Notes: generated from the letters alone by a model not told the origin. A stretch of 64,000 bases of DNA from an uncultured Bacteroidales bacterium (GCA_937899245.1 CALDKB010000050.1:2179-66178); one strand, 5' to 3'; positions 43,566 through 53,093 are shown, numbered from the stretch's first letter. Program-made: numbers and translations.

Positions 43566-46178
43566 ATGAAAAGGACACTATCAATCATTGCAATATGCAT
43601 AAGCGTACTGTTCGCGCAGGCGCAAGACATGCAATCGTACACACGTATCGTCAAGGATTTAAGCTCTGCAAAATACCAAGGTCGTGGATACGCAAACAAT
43701 GGCGTTGTAAAAGCCGGTGAATACCTGAAGGAAGAATTTGCGAATGCAGGCGCCGACACAGTTTTCCTGCAACCATTCAAGATTAACATCAACACTTTTG
43801 CTGGCAATATGAAAATGTCGGTCGACGGTCGCAAGCTTGTTGCAGGCGAAGATTTTGTTATGCGCGAATACTCGCCAGCTGTTCACGGCACCTACAAATT
43901 ATATTTTATCGACACCCTCAACTACGACATCAATAAAATCCTGTCCGACCTGTCATCACCCGAATACAAAGGATCAATGGTAGTCTGCGACTTCTGGTTT
44001 CCATATCGCCATCGCGAACTTGGCGCACTTAACGGAAATGAAGCTGGAAACGCCGGACTTATCTTCACATGGACAGAACCGCTGAAATTCTACAAGGCAT
44101 ACGGGAACACAGTTGTAGAAAAGCCCGTAATATGGACCACAGCCGAAGCTGTTGCAAAAGCAAATAGCGCCACTTTCGACATCGACAACAAATTCATGAC
44201 CGACTACGAAAGCAGCAACATTGTTGCACGCGTAAACGGCCGTCGCCACGACAGCTGCTTCGTTTTCACAGCTCATTACGACCATTTAGGCAACATTGGA
44301 AGCAAGATTTATTGTCCCGGAGTAAACGACAACGCCTCGGGAACAGCAGCAATCGTAACGCTTGCCTCCTACTACGCCCAGCACCAACCCGAATTCGACA
44401 TCTGGTTTGTTGCTTTTGCCGGAGAAGAAACCGGACTTTGCGGATCAACATATTTTACCGAACACCCAGCAATGCCACTCGAAAACATAAAATATCTGTT
44501 CAACCTCGACATGATTGGCGACAACAATCCAATGCAATATTGTGAAGTTAGCAAAGAAGGAATGGATGGTTTCCGCGAGCTGGAACGCATAAATGCAGAG
44601 CAAAAACTTTTCAAAGGACTTAATCTTGGTGAACTTGCCGGAAACAGCGACCATTATCCTTTTGCAGAAAAAGGCGTTCCATGCATACTTTTCGAGCAGG
44701 AAGACGGCGATAATTTCAAATACTACCACACGCCAAAGGACAACATGGAACATTTCTGCACTGTAAGTTATCCTCTAGTTTTCCGTCTGTGTACGCAATA
44801 TATTGCACAAAACACAAAGTCAATTCCGGTTGATTTCAACGAAGGCGTAGAGCTTGTCGCAATGGTTTGGCGACTTATGGGCAACAAACCATATAATTAT
44901 AGTATGGTACCCGCATACTGTCAGTCGGCAGACGAGTATTTTGCTTCATTCAAAAATCATCCCGCTGTAGCAAAAGCAATGGAATATTACAAAACAGGCA
45001 TCGAATACGACGCTGTTGCCGACTATGGCTTGCACTTGGTAATTTCGCCCGACGGACATATTAGTTTCGACAAGCGTTTTTCAAAGAATGGCGACACTTC
45101 ATTCGACCGATGGACAGAACAGCAGAAAAACGAGTTTTTGCCATTACTTGAAGATTTCTATCGCGAAAGCAATTTCCACAAATGGTATATTTCGACCGAA
45201 CCTATTCGTGACGAGACTTTGAAAGCATTCGAAACAATTTCAAAACAAATTGATATGCAGTGGTTCGACACTTTCTTTGGTCCGAAACCAAAATCATCGC
45301 AATTCCAAATTGTGCTTAGTATTCTGTGCGGACAGAACAATTACGGCTGCTCTGCAAAAATGACAAACGGCGGAGAACTTGTTTCGCCAATTATCAGCAC
45401 CGTACAAATTGACGGTGAAGGACATATCTCTTTTAATCCAGGCGTAGTTATGCCAATTGTAGTTCACGAATTTTGCCATCCGTACTGCAACCCACTTGTA
45501 ATGCAATATTGGAAAGGTATGCAGAAAAACGCTTTCGCCGCTTTTGAACTTGAAAAAGAACGGCTTACCATGCAGGCATACGGATCTGCAGAAATAATGA
45601 TGTTCGAGACATTTGTCCGTTCAAGCACAATATGTTATCTGCTTTCTCACGGATATTCGGCATATAAAACAAAGCTTATCGAATCAGAAACAAATTCGGG
45701 ATTCATTATGACAAACGATATCGTCGAAGCCTTGTGCCGCTACGAACAGAGCAAAGGCAAATATGCAACAATGAACGACTTCATGCCCGAATATGTCAAG
45801 ACTGTAAAATCTTTCGACTGCGAAAAAATCCGCAAGGAACGTGAAGAAGCAGCAAAACACAATGCAACATACACCTGCAACATAAAAGATGGTGCCAACG
45901 ACTTGCACAGCGGCAATTTCACGCTTACAATAACATTCAGCAAGCCAATGGTACAAGGCATTTCGTTGGGTTACGGCAATGGCGGTGGCGAATTTCTTCC
46001 TCTTGCAAACGGAATGGAATCGGTAAGCTGGAACGATACAAATACCGTTCTCTCCGTAGAACTTAAACTTGCACCACACACAAATTATTCATTCTCGGTT
46101 TTAGGTGGTCAATTCAAAACTCAAGATGGACATACAGCAGGGAACACTCAAAATATCAACTTTTTAACACAAGATTAG
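43566..46178 (+). CDS. secreted fusion protein: M28 aminopeptidase domain, DUF4932-like HExxH domain and a C-terminal Ig-like domain
   Basis: Signal peptide. M28 motifs TAHYDHLG, NDNASGTAAIV, FAGEETGLCGS, NLDMIG and HYHTPKD. Downstream region has VVHEFCHPY (HExxH) and DUF4932-like composition. The last roughly 110 aa are beta-rich. Confidence 0.7.
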   Translation: MKRTLSIIAICISVLFAQAQDMQSYTRIVKDLSSAKYQGRGYANNGVVKAGEYLKEEFANAGADTVFLQPFKININTFAGNMKMSVDGRKLVAGEDFVMREYSPAVHGTYKLYFIDTLNYDINKILSDLSSPEYKGSMVVCDFWFPYRHRELGALNGNEAGNAGLIFTWTEPLKFYKAYGNTVVEKPVIWTTAEAVAKANSATFDIDNKFMTDYESSNIVARVNGRRHDSCFVFTAHYDHLGNIGSKIYCPGVNDNASGTAAIVTLASYYAQHQPEFDIWFVAFAGEETGLCGSTYFTEHPAMPLENIKYLFNLDMIGDNNPMQYCEVSKEGMDGFRELERINAEQKLFKGLNLGELAGNSDHYPFAEKGVPCILFEQEDGDNFKYYHTPKDNMEHFCTVSYPLVFRLCTQYIAQNTKSIPVDFNEGVELVAMVWRLMGNKPYNYSMVPAYCQSADEYFASFKNHPAVAKAMEYYKTGIEYDAVADYGLHLVISPDGHISFDKRFSKNGDTSFDRWTEQQKNEFLPLLEDFYRESNFHKWYISTEPIRDETLKAFETISKQIDMQWFDTFFGPKPKSSQFQIVLSILCGQNNYGCSAKMTNGGELVSPIISTVQIDGEGHISFNPGVVMPIVVHEFCHPYCNPLVMQYWKGMQKNAFAAFELEKERLTMQAYGSAEIMMFETFVRSSTICYLLSHGYSAYKTKLIESETNSGFIMTNDIVEALCRYEQSKGKYATMNDFMPEYVKTVKSFDCEKIRKEREEAAKHNATYTCNIKDGANDLHSGNFTLTITFSKPMVQGISLGYGNGGGEFLPLANGMESVSWNDTNTVLSVELKLAPHTNYSFSVLGGQFKTQDGHTAGNTQNINFLTQD

Positions 46179-46198
46179 AAACTAAATTACCCAGAAAC

Positions 46199-47110
46199 AT
46201 GAAAATAGCATACAAAATTCTACGTGGTATATTTGCCGTAATTGGCATTTTGGCAGTCGCAACAATTTTATTTTTTGTTTTTACGCCTAAATATGAAATT
46301 AGCATTAACACAACAATCATTGGCGAAAGCGACAATTACATTAAATTGTTGCAATCATCGGGACAATATGTTAGCGACACAAGCGATTTTGAGATTAGAA
46401 TCATTCAAGATTCGTCCCGTGCCAAAGAAATCAAAGAATATTTCCAACTCGACACGCTTTACGAACCGACATCAAGCACCTGGGAAAAAGCAATTGCCAT
46501 AGGCAGTTTCGTAGCGTCGAATATTCCACACGACAACCAAAAGGAATGGCCCGAGCATGTAAATGCCATTGGTCTTTGGGAATACACAAAAAATGTTGCG
46601 CCAGCCTTCAACTGCCGTCTGCATAGCATTCTAACATTTGAACTTCTTCTTGCGTCTGGAATTGACGCAAAATATGTCACCTGTATGCCACAAGACAAAA
46701 ATAACAACGACTGCCATGTTGTAAACGAAGTTTGGCTTCCCGAACTTGGCAAGTGGGCAATGCTTGATACCGATATGGGTGGTCGTTACACAACAGACGA
46801 AAACGGTACGCCTATGTCATTAAAGGAAATGAGAGAACATTATATTTCGGGAGAAAAAATGTTTTTCCACCCTGAATTCAGCAACGAAGGTCAAGATGAC
46901 GACTGGTACTATTCATATATGGCGAAAAACACATATTGGTTCGGTTGCTGGGGCGAACTGTCATATTATCTTGAAGACTGGGACAAAGAAGACGTTGTTA
47001 GAGATCACTATGTCAACCTTATTCCTTCTGGATTTGAACCTTTCAGAAACGGTATAGACGATATTAACACAACAGATGCTGAACGTTTTTGGGCAAAACC
47101 GATAAAATAA
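46199..47110 (+). CDS. transglutaminase-like (Cys-His-Asp) domain protein with an N-terminal TM anchor
   Basis: TM helix at the N terminus; FNCRLHS (Cys), DCHVVNEVW (His), WAMLDTD (Asp). Confidence 0.65.
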   Translation: MKIAYKILRGIFAVIGILAVATILFFVFTPKYEISINTTIIGESDNYIKLLQSSGQYVSDTSDFEIRIIQDSSRAKEIKEYFQLDTLYEPTSSTWEKAIAIGSFVASNIPHDNQKEWPEHVNAIGLWEYTKNVAPAFNCRLHSILTFELLLASGIDAKYVTCMPQDKNNNDCHVVNEVWLPELGKWAMLDTDMGGRYTTDENGTPMSLKEMREHYISGEKMFFHPEFSNEGQDDDWYYSYMAKNTYWFGCWGELSYYLEDWDKEDVVRDHYVNLIPSGFEPFRNGIDDINTTDAERFWAKPIK

Positions 47111-47125
47111 TAAAATACAATAGCT

Positions 47126-47596
47126 ATGGAAGCAAAAAGAACATTAAAAAAAGTAATTATAGCGAGCTTAGTTTTGTTTGCTTTTGCAACTAACATCAAT
47201 GCACAAAGTTTCACGCTAAAATCTGGTCCATACATCAGAGTTGGTGCCGGATATTATGCCGATATAAACCTTGGTGCCGGATATACATTTCCGTTTAGAT
47301 TGTCGGTAGGTGCTGAAGCTACAACATGGTCGATGTTCTGCGGTTTTGGCGGAGATGTTGATTTGAGATACCGATTCCTCGACAAGCAATTTTCACCATT
47401 TATCGACGCAAAAATCGGATACGGCTTACTTGGCAAAACTAGGGAATACCAAAACTATTACGACCTTTTCTACAGCGCAATGGTCGGCGTAAGCTGGCGA
47501 CAACTTGACTTGGGCGTTGGTGTTGCATACGACTGTTACTACAAAGCGTGCCCAGTTGCTAACTTGAGCTATACGTTTGTTTTTGGAAAGAAGTAG
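47126..47596 (+). CDS. small outer-membrane beta-barrel-like protein
   Basis: Signal peptide (NINAQS), Gly/aromatic-rich beta strands, 156 aa. Confidence 0.45.
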   Translation: MEAKRTLKKVIIASLVLFAFATNINAQSFTLKSGPYIRVGAGYYADINLGAGYTFPFRLSVGAEATTWSMFCGFGGDVDLRYRFLDKQFSPFIDAKIGYGLLGKTREYQNYYDLFYSAMVGVSWRQLDLGVGVAYDCYYKACPVANLSYTFVFGKK

Positions 47597-47597
47597 T

Positions 47598-48083
47598 ATG
47601 AAACTACGTAACTTCATCATAGACGACGCCCCTACAATCCTTGGCTGGTGCAAAGACAAACACGCATTCCGGCTTTGGAGTGCCGACAGATATGCCGATT
47701 TCCCCGCATCGCCCGCAGAAATGCAAAAGCAATACGAAGGGAAAGAAAAATTTCCGCTTACGGCAGTTGCCAGTGAAGAGATTGTCGGACACATATTGCT
47801 GAGATTTCCGTCTGAAGACAAAAGCATTGTCAGATTCGGATTTGTAATTGTCGACGATGAGAAACGTGGCAAAGGATACGGAAAACAAATGCTTCAACTC
47901 GCTATCGATTACGCAAAACGCAAACTTGGAGCAAAAAAGATAACATTGGGCGTGTTTAATGAAAATATATCTGCACTCGAATGCTACAAGTCGGTTGGAT
48001 TTATAATTGTTGGCGAAGATTCGTATGCAATTGACGGAGAAGAATGGAAAGGCGTGGAGATGGAGTTGAGAGTTGTGAATTGA
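47598..48083 (+). CDS. GNAT family N-acetyltransferase
   Basis: Acetyl-CoA motif RGKGYGKQMLQLAIDYA. Start set at ATG 47598 (MKLRNFIIDD). Confidence 0.8.
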   Translation: MKLRNFIIDDAPTILGWCKDKHAFRLWSADRYADFPASPAEMQKQYEGKEKFPLTAVASEEIVGHILLRFPSEDKSIVRFGFVIVDDEKRGKGYGKQMLQLAIDYAKRKLGAKKITLGVFNENISALECYKSVGFIIVGEDSYAIDGEEWKGVEMELRVVN

Positions 48084-48088
48084 GAGTT

Positions 48089-48625
48089 ATGAAATTGGAA
48101 ACAGCTAGAATACTACTTCGTTCGTGGCAAGAAGCCGATGCTGAAGCTCTTTACAAGTACGCTTCAGATCCGGATGTTGGTCCGCGAGCAGGTTGGGAAC
48201 CACACAAAAATGTTGAAGAGAGCCGCGAAATAATTCGAGAGCTGTTCAGCAAAGATTTTATGTGGGCTGTCGTTTGGAAAAAAACAAACGAAATTGTCGG
48301 ATGCGTCGGCTATCTGCCTCACGACATGAGCAACATAAAAATCGGGGACAACGATGGCGAAGTCGGCTACTGGATTGCTAAACCATATTGGAACAAAGGC
48401 ATTTGCACCGAAGCACTTAATTTGGTTATCGACTTCTGCTTCAACGAAAAAGGATTCGAGACACTTTGGGGCGACTTTTTCCTTGACAATCCAGCATCTG
48501 GACACGTTATGGAGAAATGCGGCTTCTGCGACACTGGAGAACAGAATTATTGCGAAAATCTTCAATATGGCAGCGAAAAGCCAGTGAAAATTTTGAAATT
48601 GGAACGAATAAACTATAAACAATAA
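48089..48625 (+). CDS. GNAT family N-acetyltransferase (RimJ/RimL-like)
   Basis: LETARILLRSWQEADAEALY N terminus and WNKGICTEAL motif. Start set at ATG 48089. Confidence 0.8.
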   Translation: MKLETARILLRSWQEADAEALYKYASDPDVGPRAGWEPHKNVEESREIIRELFSKDFMWAVVWKKTNEIVGCVGYLPHDMSNIKIGDNDGEVGYWIAKPYWNKGICTEALNLVIDFCFNEKGFETLWGDFFLDNPASGHVMEKCGFCDTGEQNYCENLQYGSEKPVKILKLERINYKQ

Positions 48626-48630
48626 GACTT

Positions 48631-49710
48631 ATGAAACAAATTAGACTTGTCATTTCAATCGTTGCCGCACTTGGCATAGCTTCGATAATGTCGGCACAAG
48701 TTATCGTAAAAGCAAACCCTCAATCGCAAACAAAGGAGATGGAAGAAAACGATGGCTTTCTAACTACACATTGGACGCAAAGTGCCCCATACAACCAATT
48801 CTGCCCCATGGACCCGAGTACAAGTTCTCGCAGTTATGCCGGCTGTCCCGCTGTTGCAATGGCCCAGATTATCAATATTTTAAAAAACACTAACAATACG
48901 CGTTTTAATGACAGCGACGACTATCGTCACAACTACGCAGGCCGCAGATACAACATCGATGATGATTTTGAAGAGATTGGATTTCTTTCTTTCCCGCAAC
49001 TGAACGATTATTTAGACAACATTGACGATATTTATGCAGAAAACGGAACCGTTGGTTCAAATGAAGCTGCTGCATTGATTTTTGCTTGCGGCGTGGCTTG
49101 CCAACAAGTTTATACATCCGAAGGCTCTGGAACTTTCAGTGTTCAACAGGCATACGACGGCTATTTGCGTTTTGGATTCGACAACTGCGTATTCTTTACA
49201 GAAGCCAACGACGAAATGTATGCAATGCTGAACGAAAATTTGGAGCATGGCATTCCCGCACATCTAGCTGTTGAATCTCCAGACGGGCAAACCGGACACA
49301 ATGTTGTTGTAGATGGTCGCAGAGAAGAAGGCAAATATCACATCAATTTTGGATTCGGAGGTTCACTTGACGGATGGTACAACATCCCAGATTCGGACTT
49401 CCCTTATGGAATGTCGAAAGTAGAAGGCATAATTCTAAATATTATACCGAATTCGCCATCCAGAGCAAACGCAACGCAACAAGATGGAATAAAAATATTT
49501 CCAAATCCCACTCACGATTTCATCACTATTGAAAACACCGACAAAACAACAAACGTATCATTCTTCAACAGTTTGGGTATTGAAGTACAGAGCCAAAAAA
49601 TTAGCGATTCAAATCGCATAAACATTTCCAATCTGTCAAAAGGAATGTATGTGGTAAAAGTGACCTCATCGCAAGGAAAAAACTATACAACGAAACTGAT
49701 TATCGAATAA
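48631..49710 (+). CDS. T9SS-secreted C10 family (streptopain-like) cysteine peptidase
   Basis: Signal peptide; WTQSAPYNQFCP; catalytic Cys context AGCPAVAMAQI; His context GHNVVVDG; type-A T9SS CTD (KIFPNPTHDFITIEN...GMYVVKV...KLIIE). Confidence 0.8.
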   Translation: MKQIRLVISIVAALGIASIMSAQVIVKANPQSQTKEMEENDGFLTTHWTQSAPYNQFCPMDPSTSSRSYAGCPAVAMAQIINILKNTNNTRFNDSDDYRHNYAGRRYNIDDDFEEIGFLSFPQLNDYLDNIDDIYAENGTVGSNEAAALIFACGVACQQVYTSEGSGTFSVQQAYDGYLRFGFDNCVFFTEANDEMYAMLNENLEHGIPAHLAVESPDGQTGHNVVVDGRREEGKYHINFGFGGSLDGWYNIPDSDFPYGMSKVEGIILNIIPNSPSRANATQQDGIKIFPNPTHDFITIENTDKTTNVSFFNSLGIEVQSQKISDSNRINISNLSKGMYVVKVTSSQGKNYTTKLIIE

Positions 49711-49711
49711 A

Positions 49712-50329
49712 ATGAAGCAAGAAATCAATCCGCAGAATACAAAACGTGCTGCGGCCTTCAGCCTTTGGATGACCTCACCGATGCCAATGGTAACGCTAAC
49801 AAAGACTTTCGACGTAACAAATTTGACAAAGACTGCCACTAAAAACGGACACAAGTTCAATATGCTGTTGTGCTGGTGCATCGGAAAGGCAGCAAGTCAA
49901 GTTGAGGAATTCTACACATTGCCCGAACAAGGAAAATTATTCAAATACGACCAACTGGCAATAAACGTGATAGTCAACAACAAGCAAGGAGGAATAAACT
50001 CCTGCGACATTCGTTTGAACGACAATTTCGAACAATTCAATCAGGATTATCTTCTGCTTACCAAGTACGCCGCCGAAAATTGCGAAAGCAAATTTCTTGA
50101 CGACTGCATGGTTGTTGGCACTTCGGCAATGATTCAAACCGAATTGGACAGCATTGTAAACCAGTACACAGACAAATTCTGCAACCCGATGGTTATGTGG
50201 GGCAAATACCGCAAGAGCGAAAACACAACCTCATTGCCTATTTCATTCCAGTTTCATCACGTACAGATGGACGGTGGCCAAGGAGCTATGTTTCTAGAAA
50301 TACTGCAACAGGAAATCAATAAAATCTAA
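49712..50329 (+). CDS. CatA-like (chloramphenicol acetyltransferase fold) O-acetyltransferase
   Basis: 205 aa; catalytic-site context SFQFHHVQMDGGQGAMF (compare HHAVCDG in CAT). Confidence 0.7.
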   Translation: MKQEINPQNTKRAAAFSLWMTSPMPMVTLTKTFDVTNLTKTATKNGHKFNMLLCWCIGKAASQVEEFYTLPEQGKLFKYDQLAINVIVNNKQGGINSCDIRLNDNFEQFNQDYLLLTKYAAENCESKFLDDCMVVGTSAMIQTELDSIVNQYTDKFCNPMVMWGKYRKSENTTSLPISFQFHHVQMDGGQGAMFLEILQQEINKI

Positions 50330-50331
50330 TA

Positions 50332-51213
50332 ATGAAAAAATCAAAAATATTGATATCGGTTTTATTATCGTGCATTCTGCTTATTTCATGCAGAAATACC
50401 GAATCCTTATTACAAAAGAAACTGCTTGAACTTACAAATGAGTTTCCGGGAGAAGTCGGAGTTGCAATGATATACGGCGACGATACTATTTGTATCAATG
50501 GTGATGAACATTTCCCTATGTTCAGCGTCGCGAAATTTCATCAGGCATTGGCAATTTGTGAAATACTTCGCAAAGAAAAGCAAACAGATATAAATGTTGC
50601 GGCAAAAGATTTGAAAGCAGACACATGGAGCCCTATGCGCGAAAAATATCCCGATGGCGGAATCTTTTCTGTCAATCAACTTCTTGAATACACACTTATC
50701 GAAAGCGACAACAATGCGTGCGACATTCTGTTTAACTTTGCAAGTCCAACCCAAGTTGACAATATAATCCATAATTGGGGCATAAAAGATTTCGGAATCG
50801 CATGGACAGAAGACGAACAGCATACCGACATAAGCCGTTGCAACGACAACTGGACAACACCATTTGCAGCAGTTCAGCTGCTAGATAGGTTTTATAACAA
50901 TTACGACACCGATAAATATTCCCGTTTTGTTTGGGAAACAATGACAAAGTGCCAAACCGGAGCAAACAGAATTCCAAAATATATTGGTTCTCATTCAACA
51001 AAAATTGTACACAAAACGGGTACCGGTGGCATAACACCTGATGGCAAGGTAATGGGAATCAATGATATCGCTTGCATCATTCTTCCCAACGGACAACATC
51101 TTGAACTGGCTGTTTTTATCAAGAATGCCGATTGCACACCTGCCGAATGCGAGGAACTGATTGCAAAAATTGCGAAAATTTGTTTTGAAGAAATAAATAA
51201 TACCAAACAATGA
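50332..51213 (+). CDS. class A beta-lactamase (Bacteroidales subclass-A2-like)
   Basis: Signal/lipoprotein-like N terminus; SxxK as FSVAKFH; SDN as ESDNNACD; KTG as HKTGTG; 293 aa. Confidence 0.8.
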   Translation: MKKSKILISVLLSCILLISCRNTESLLQKKLLELTNEFPGEVGVAMIYGDDTICINGDEHFPMFSVAKFHQALAICEILRKEKQTDINVAAKDLKADTWSPMREKYPDGGIFSVNQLLEYTLIESDNNACDILFNFASPTQVDNIIHNWGIKDFGIAWTEDEQHTDISRCNDNWTTPFAAVQLLDRFYNNYDTDKYSRFVWETMTKCQTGANRIPKYIGSHSTKIVHKTGTGGITPDGKVMGINDIACIILPNGQHLELAVFIKNADCTPAECEELIAKIAKICFEEINNTKQ

Positions 51214-51803
51214 ATAACGAACAAAAATTTTGTCAAAGTTGCGGAATGCCGCTAACTAATGAAATTTTAGGTACTAATGCAGACGGTAGCAAAAATGAAG
51301 AATATTGTCTGTACTGTTTCAAAGACGGCGCGTTTACAGGCGACTTCACTATGGAACAAATGGTTGAATTTTGCTCGCAATTTGTTGAACAATATAACAA
51401 AGATGCCAGACAGAATCTAACGAGCGAAGAATACAAAAATGTTTTAAGACAATACTATCCCCACCTCAAACGTTGGAATCTTCCAGCCTACCAACTACCT
51501 CATGCAAGTTCTCCACTTAAAGCCAAACTTATCGAAGAAATAAACGCACTTGAAATTGCCGACATGCCCAAAATTGAGAATTTGTTTGCCCTACAAGGCT
51601 CTTTCATTAATTTGGAATACAACATCAACGGCAACAAAGTGAAACTTCTCGACGACGACAAAAGTTACTGGGGCACTCAAGTTGAGAAAACAAATGCCGA
51701 CCGCCGCTGCTATGGCATTGCCTGCGACGAAAAGCTCATAATTATTAGCGAATATGGCGAAAATGGCTCCGAGCCCGAACTTGTTTTGATAAAGAAAAGA
51801 TAA
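51210..51803 (+). CDS. zinc-ribbon domain protein
   Basis: FCQSCGMPL...EYCLYCFKDGAFT (putative zinc-ribbon pattern). ATGA overlap with the beta-lactamase stop. Confidence 0.6.
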   Translation: MNNEQKFCQSCGMPLTNEILGTNADGSKNEEYCLYCFKDGAFTGDFTMEQMVEFCSQFVEQYNKDARQNLTSEEYKNVLRQYYPHLKRWNLPAYQLPHASSPLKAKLIEEINALEIADMPKIENLFALQGSFINLEYNINGNKVKLLDDDKSYWGTQVEKTNADRRCYGIACDEKLIIISEYGENGSEPELVLIKKR

Positions 51804-51804
51804 T

Positions 51805-52302
51805 ATGAAACGCATCAGGCAATATTTGGGAATAATTGTAGCACTGCTGGCATACTACATCATACACGAAGGAGCACATGCTATTTATGCATTGGCAAAC
51901 GGAGTTTTCAAGCAAATTAACTTTATGGCATTGGGCATTCAAATTGACGTTTTGCGCGAACAAATGTCCGATGCCCAGCTTGGTTGGTTCTGTTTTGTTG
52001 GTCCAATAGCAACTTTTGTTGCCGCCTGGATTATGGTTTTGTTCAGCAAACGGATATGTTCGCTTAAAAACAAAATGTTCAAGGCTATTTGCTGGTATGG
52101 ATCTCTAATCCTATTGCTACTCGACCCGCTCTATTTATCTGTTATCTACCACTTTGTAGGTGGCGGCGATATGAATGGAATAAGTCTTTTGATGCCAGAA
52201 ACTGTTGCTGCAATTATCTTCGGAATCATCTTCGTGCTACACATAGTTTTAGTATGGAAGATTTTATGGCCTCGCTACACAAAATCTATCAATAACGATT
52301 AA
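51805..52302 (+). CDS. small polytopic membrane protein with intramembrane HExxH (DUF3267/site-2-protease-like)
   Basis: HEGAH lies within the first TM helix, followed by 3-4 more TM helices, one containing LLLDPLY. Confidence 0.45.
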   Translation: MKRIRQYLGIIVALLAYYIIHEGAHAIYALANGVFKQINFMALGIQIDVLREQMSDAQLGWFCFVGPIATFVAAWIMVLFSKRICSLKNKMFKAICWYGSLILLLLDPLYLSVIYHFVGGGDMNGISLLMPETVAAIIFGIIFVLHIVLVWKILWPRYTKSINND

Positions 52303-52303
52303 A

Positions 52304-53089
52304 ATGGCAGACAAACGAAACATATTCACCGGCTGGAATCCATGGCACGGATGCACAAAGGTAAGTCCGGGGTGCAAATATTGCTATGTCTATCGACAAG
52401 ATGAAATGTACGGCAGCGAAGTTGCAAGTAGCTTATGCCGCAAAACCGCCGCCTTCGACCTCCCTATTAAGCGCAAGCGCGACAAATCGTGGAAAATCGA
52501 AAGCGGAGATGTTGTATTCACTTGTTTTACCTCCGATTTTCTATTGAAAGATGCCGATAAATGGCGCTCCGAATGCTGGCAGATGATGAAACAAAGGCAC
52601 GACCTCTGGTTTTACTTCTTTACCAAACGCATCGATCGCTTTTTGGAATGCATTCCCGACGACTGGGGCGACGGCTACGACAATGTACTTGTTGGCTGCA
52701 CTATCGAAAACCAAGAAATGACAGATTATAGACTTCCAATATTCAAAACCTGTCCAATCAAGCACAAGAGCATCATCGCTGCACCAATGATTGGACCAAT
52801 AAATATCGCCGAATACTTGGACGAAACGATTGAAGAAGTGTCTGTTGGCGGCGAATCCGGCTACAATGCACGACCATGCGACTATGGCTGGGTACTATCG
52901 CTTCGCGAACAATGCATCGAAAATAACGTTCCATTTCGTTTTCACCAAACTGGAGCCCGACTCTTAAAAGACGGGCACCTTTATAGCATTCCCCGTTGCC
53001 ACCAGCACAGCCAGGCAAACAAGGCGAACATTGATTTTCGCATAGAGAATAATACGACACCAGAAACTGCAAATTACAATGGAGATTGA
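52304..53089 (+). CDS. DUF5131 (phage Gp37/Gp68-like) family protein
   Basis: N terminus GWNPWHGCTKVSPGCKYCY and C-terminal VGGESG...FRFHQTG, typical of this family. Confidence 0.75.
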   Translation: MADKRNIFTGWNPWHGCTKVSPGCKYCYVYRQDEMYGSEVASSLCRKTAAFDLPIKRKRDKSWKIESGDVVFTCFTSDFLLKDADKWRSECWQMMKQRHDLWFYFFTKRIDRFLECIPDDWGDGYDNVLVGCTIENQEMTDYRLPIFKTCPIKHKSIIAAPMIGPINIAEYLDETIEEVSVGGESGYNARPCDYGWVLSLREQCIENNVPFRFHQTGARLLKDGHLYSIPRCHQHSQANKANIDFRIENNTTPETANYNGD

Positions 53090-53093
53090 CTTG

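Noticed and set aside
42942-53089. Possibility that the tightly packed accessory array is an integron cassette array
   Set aside because: Intergenic gaps are 1-20 nt or overlapping, so there is no room for attC recombination sites. No intI-like integrase or attI is present in the window.
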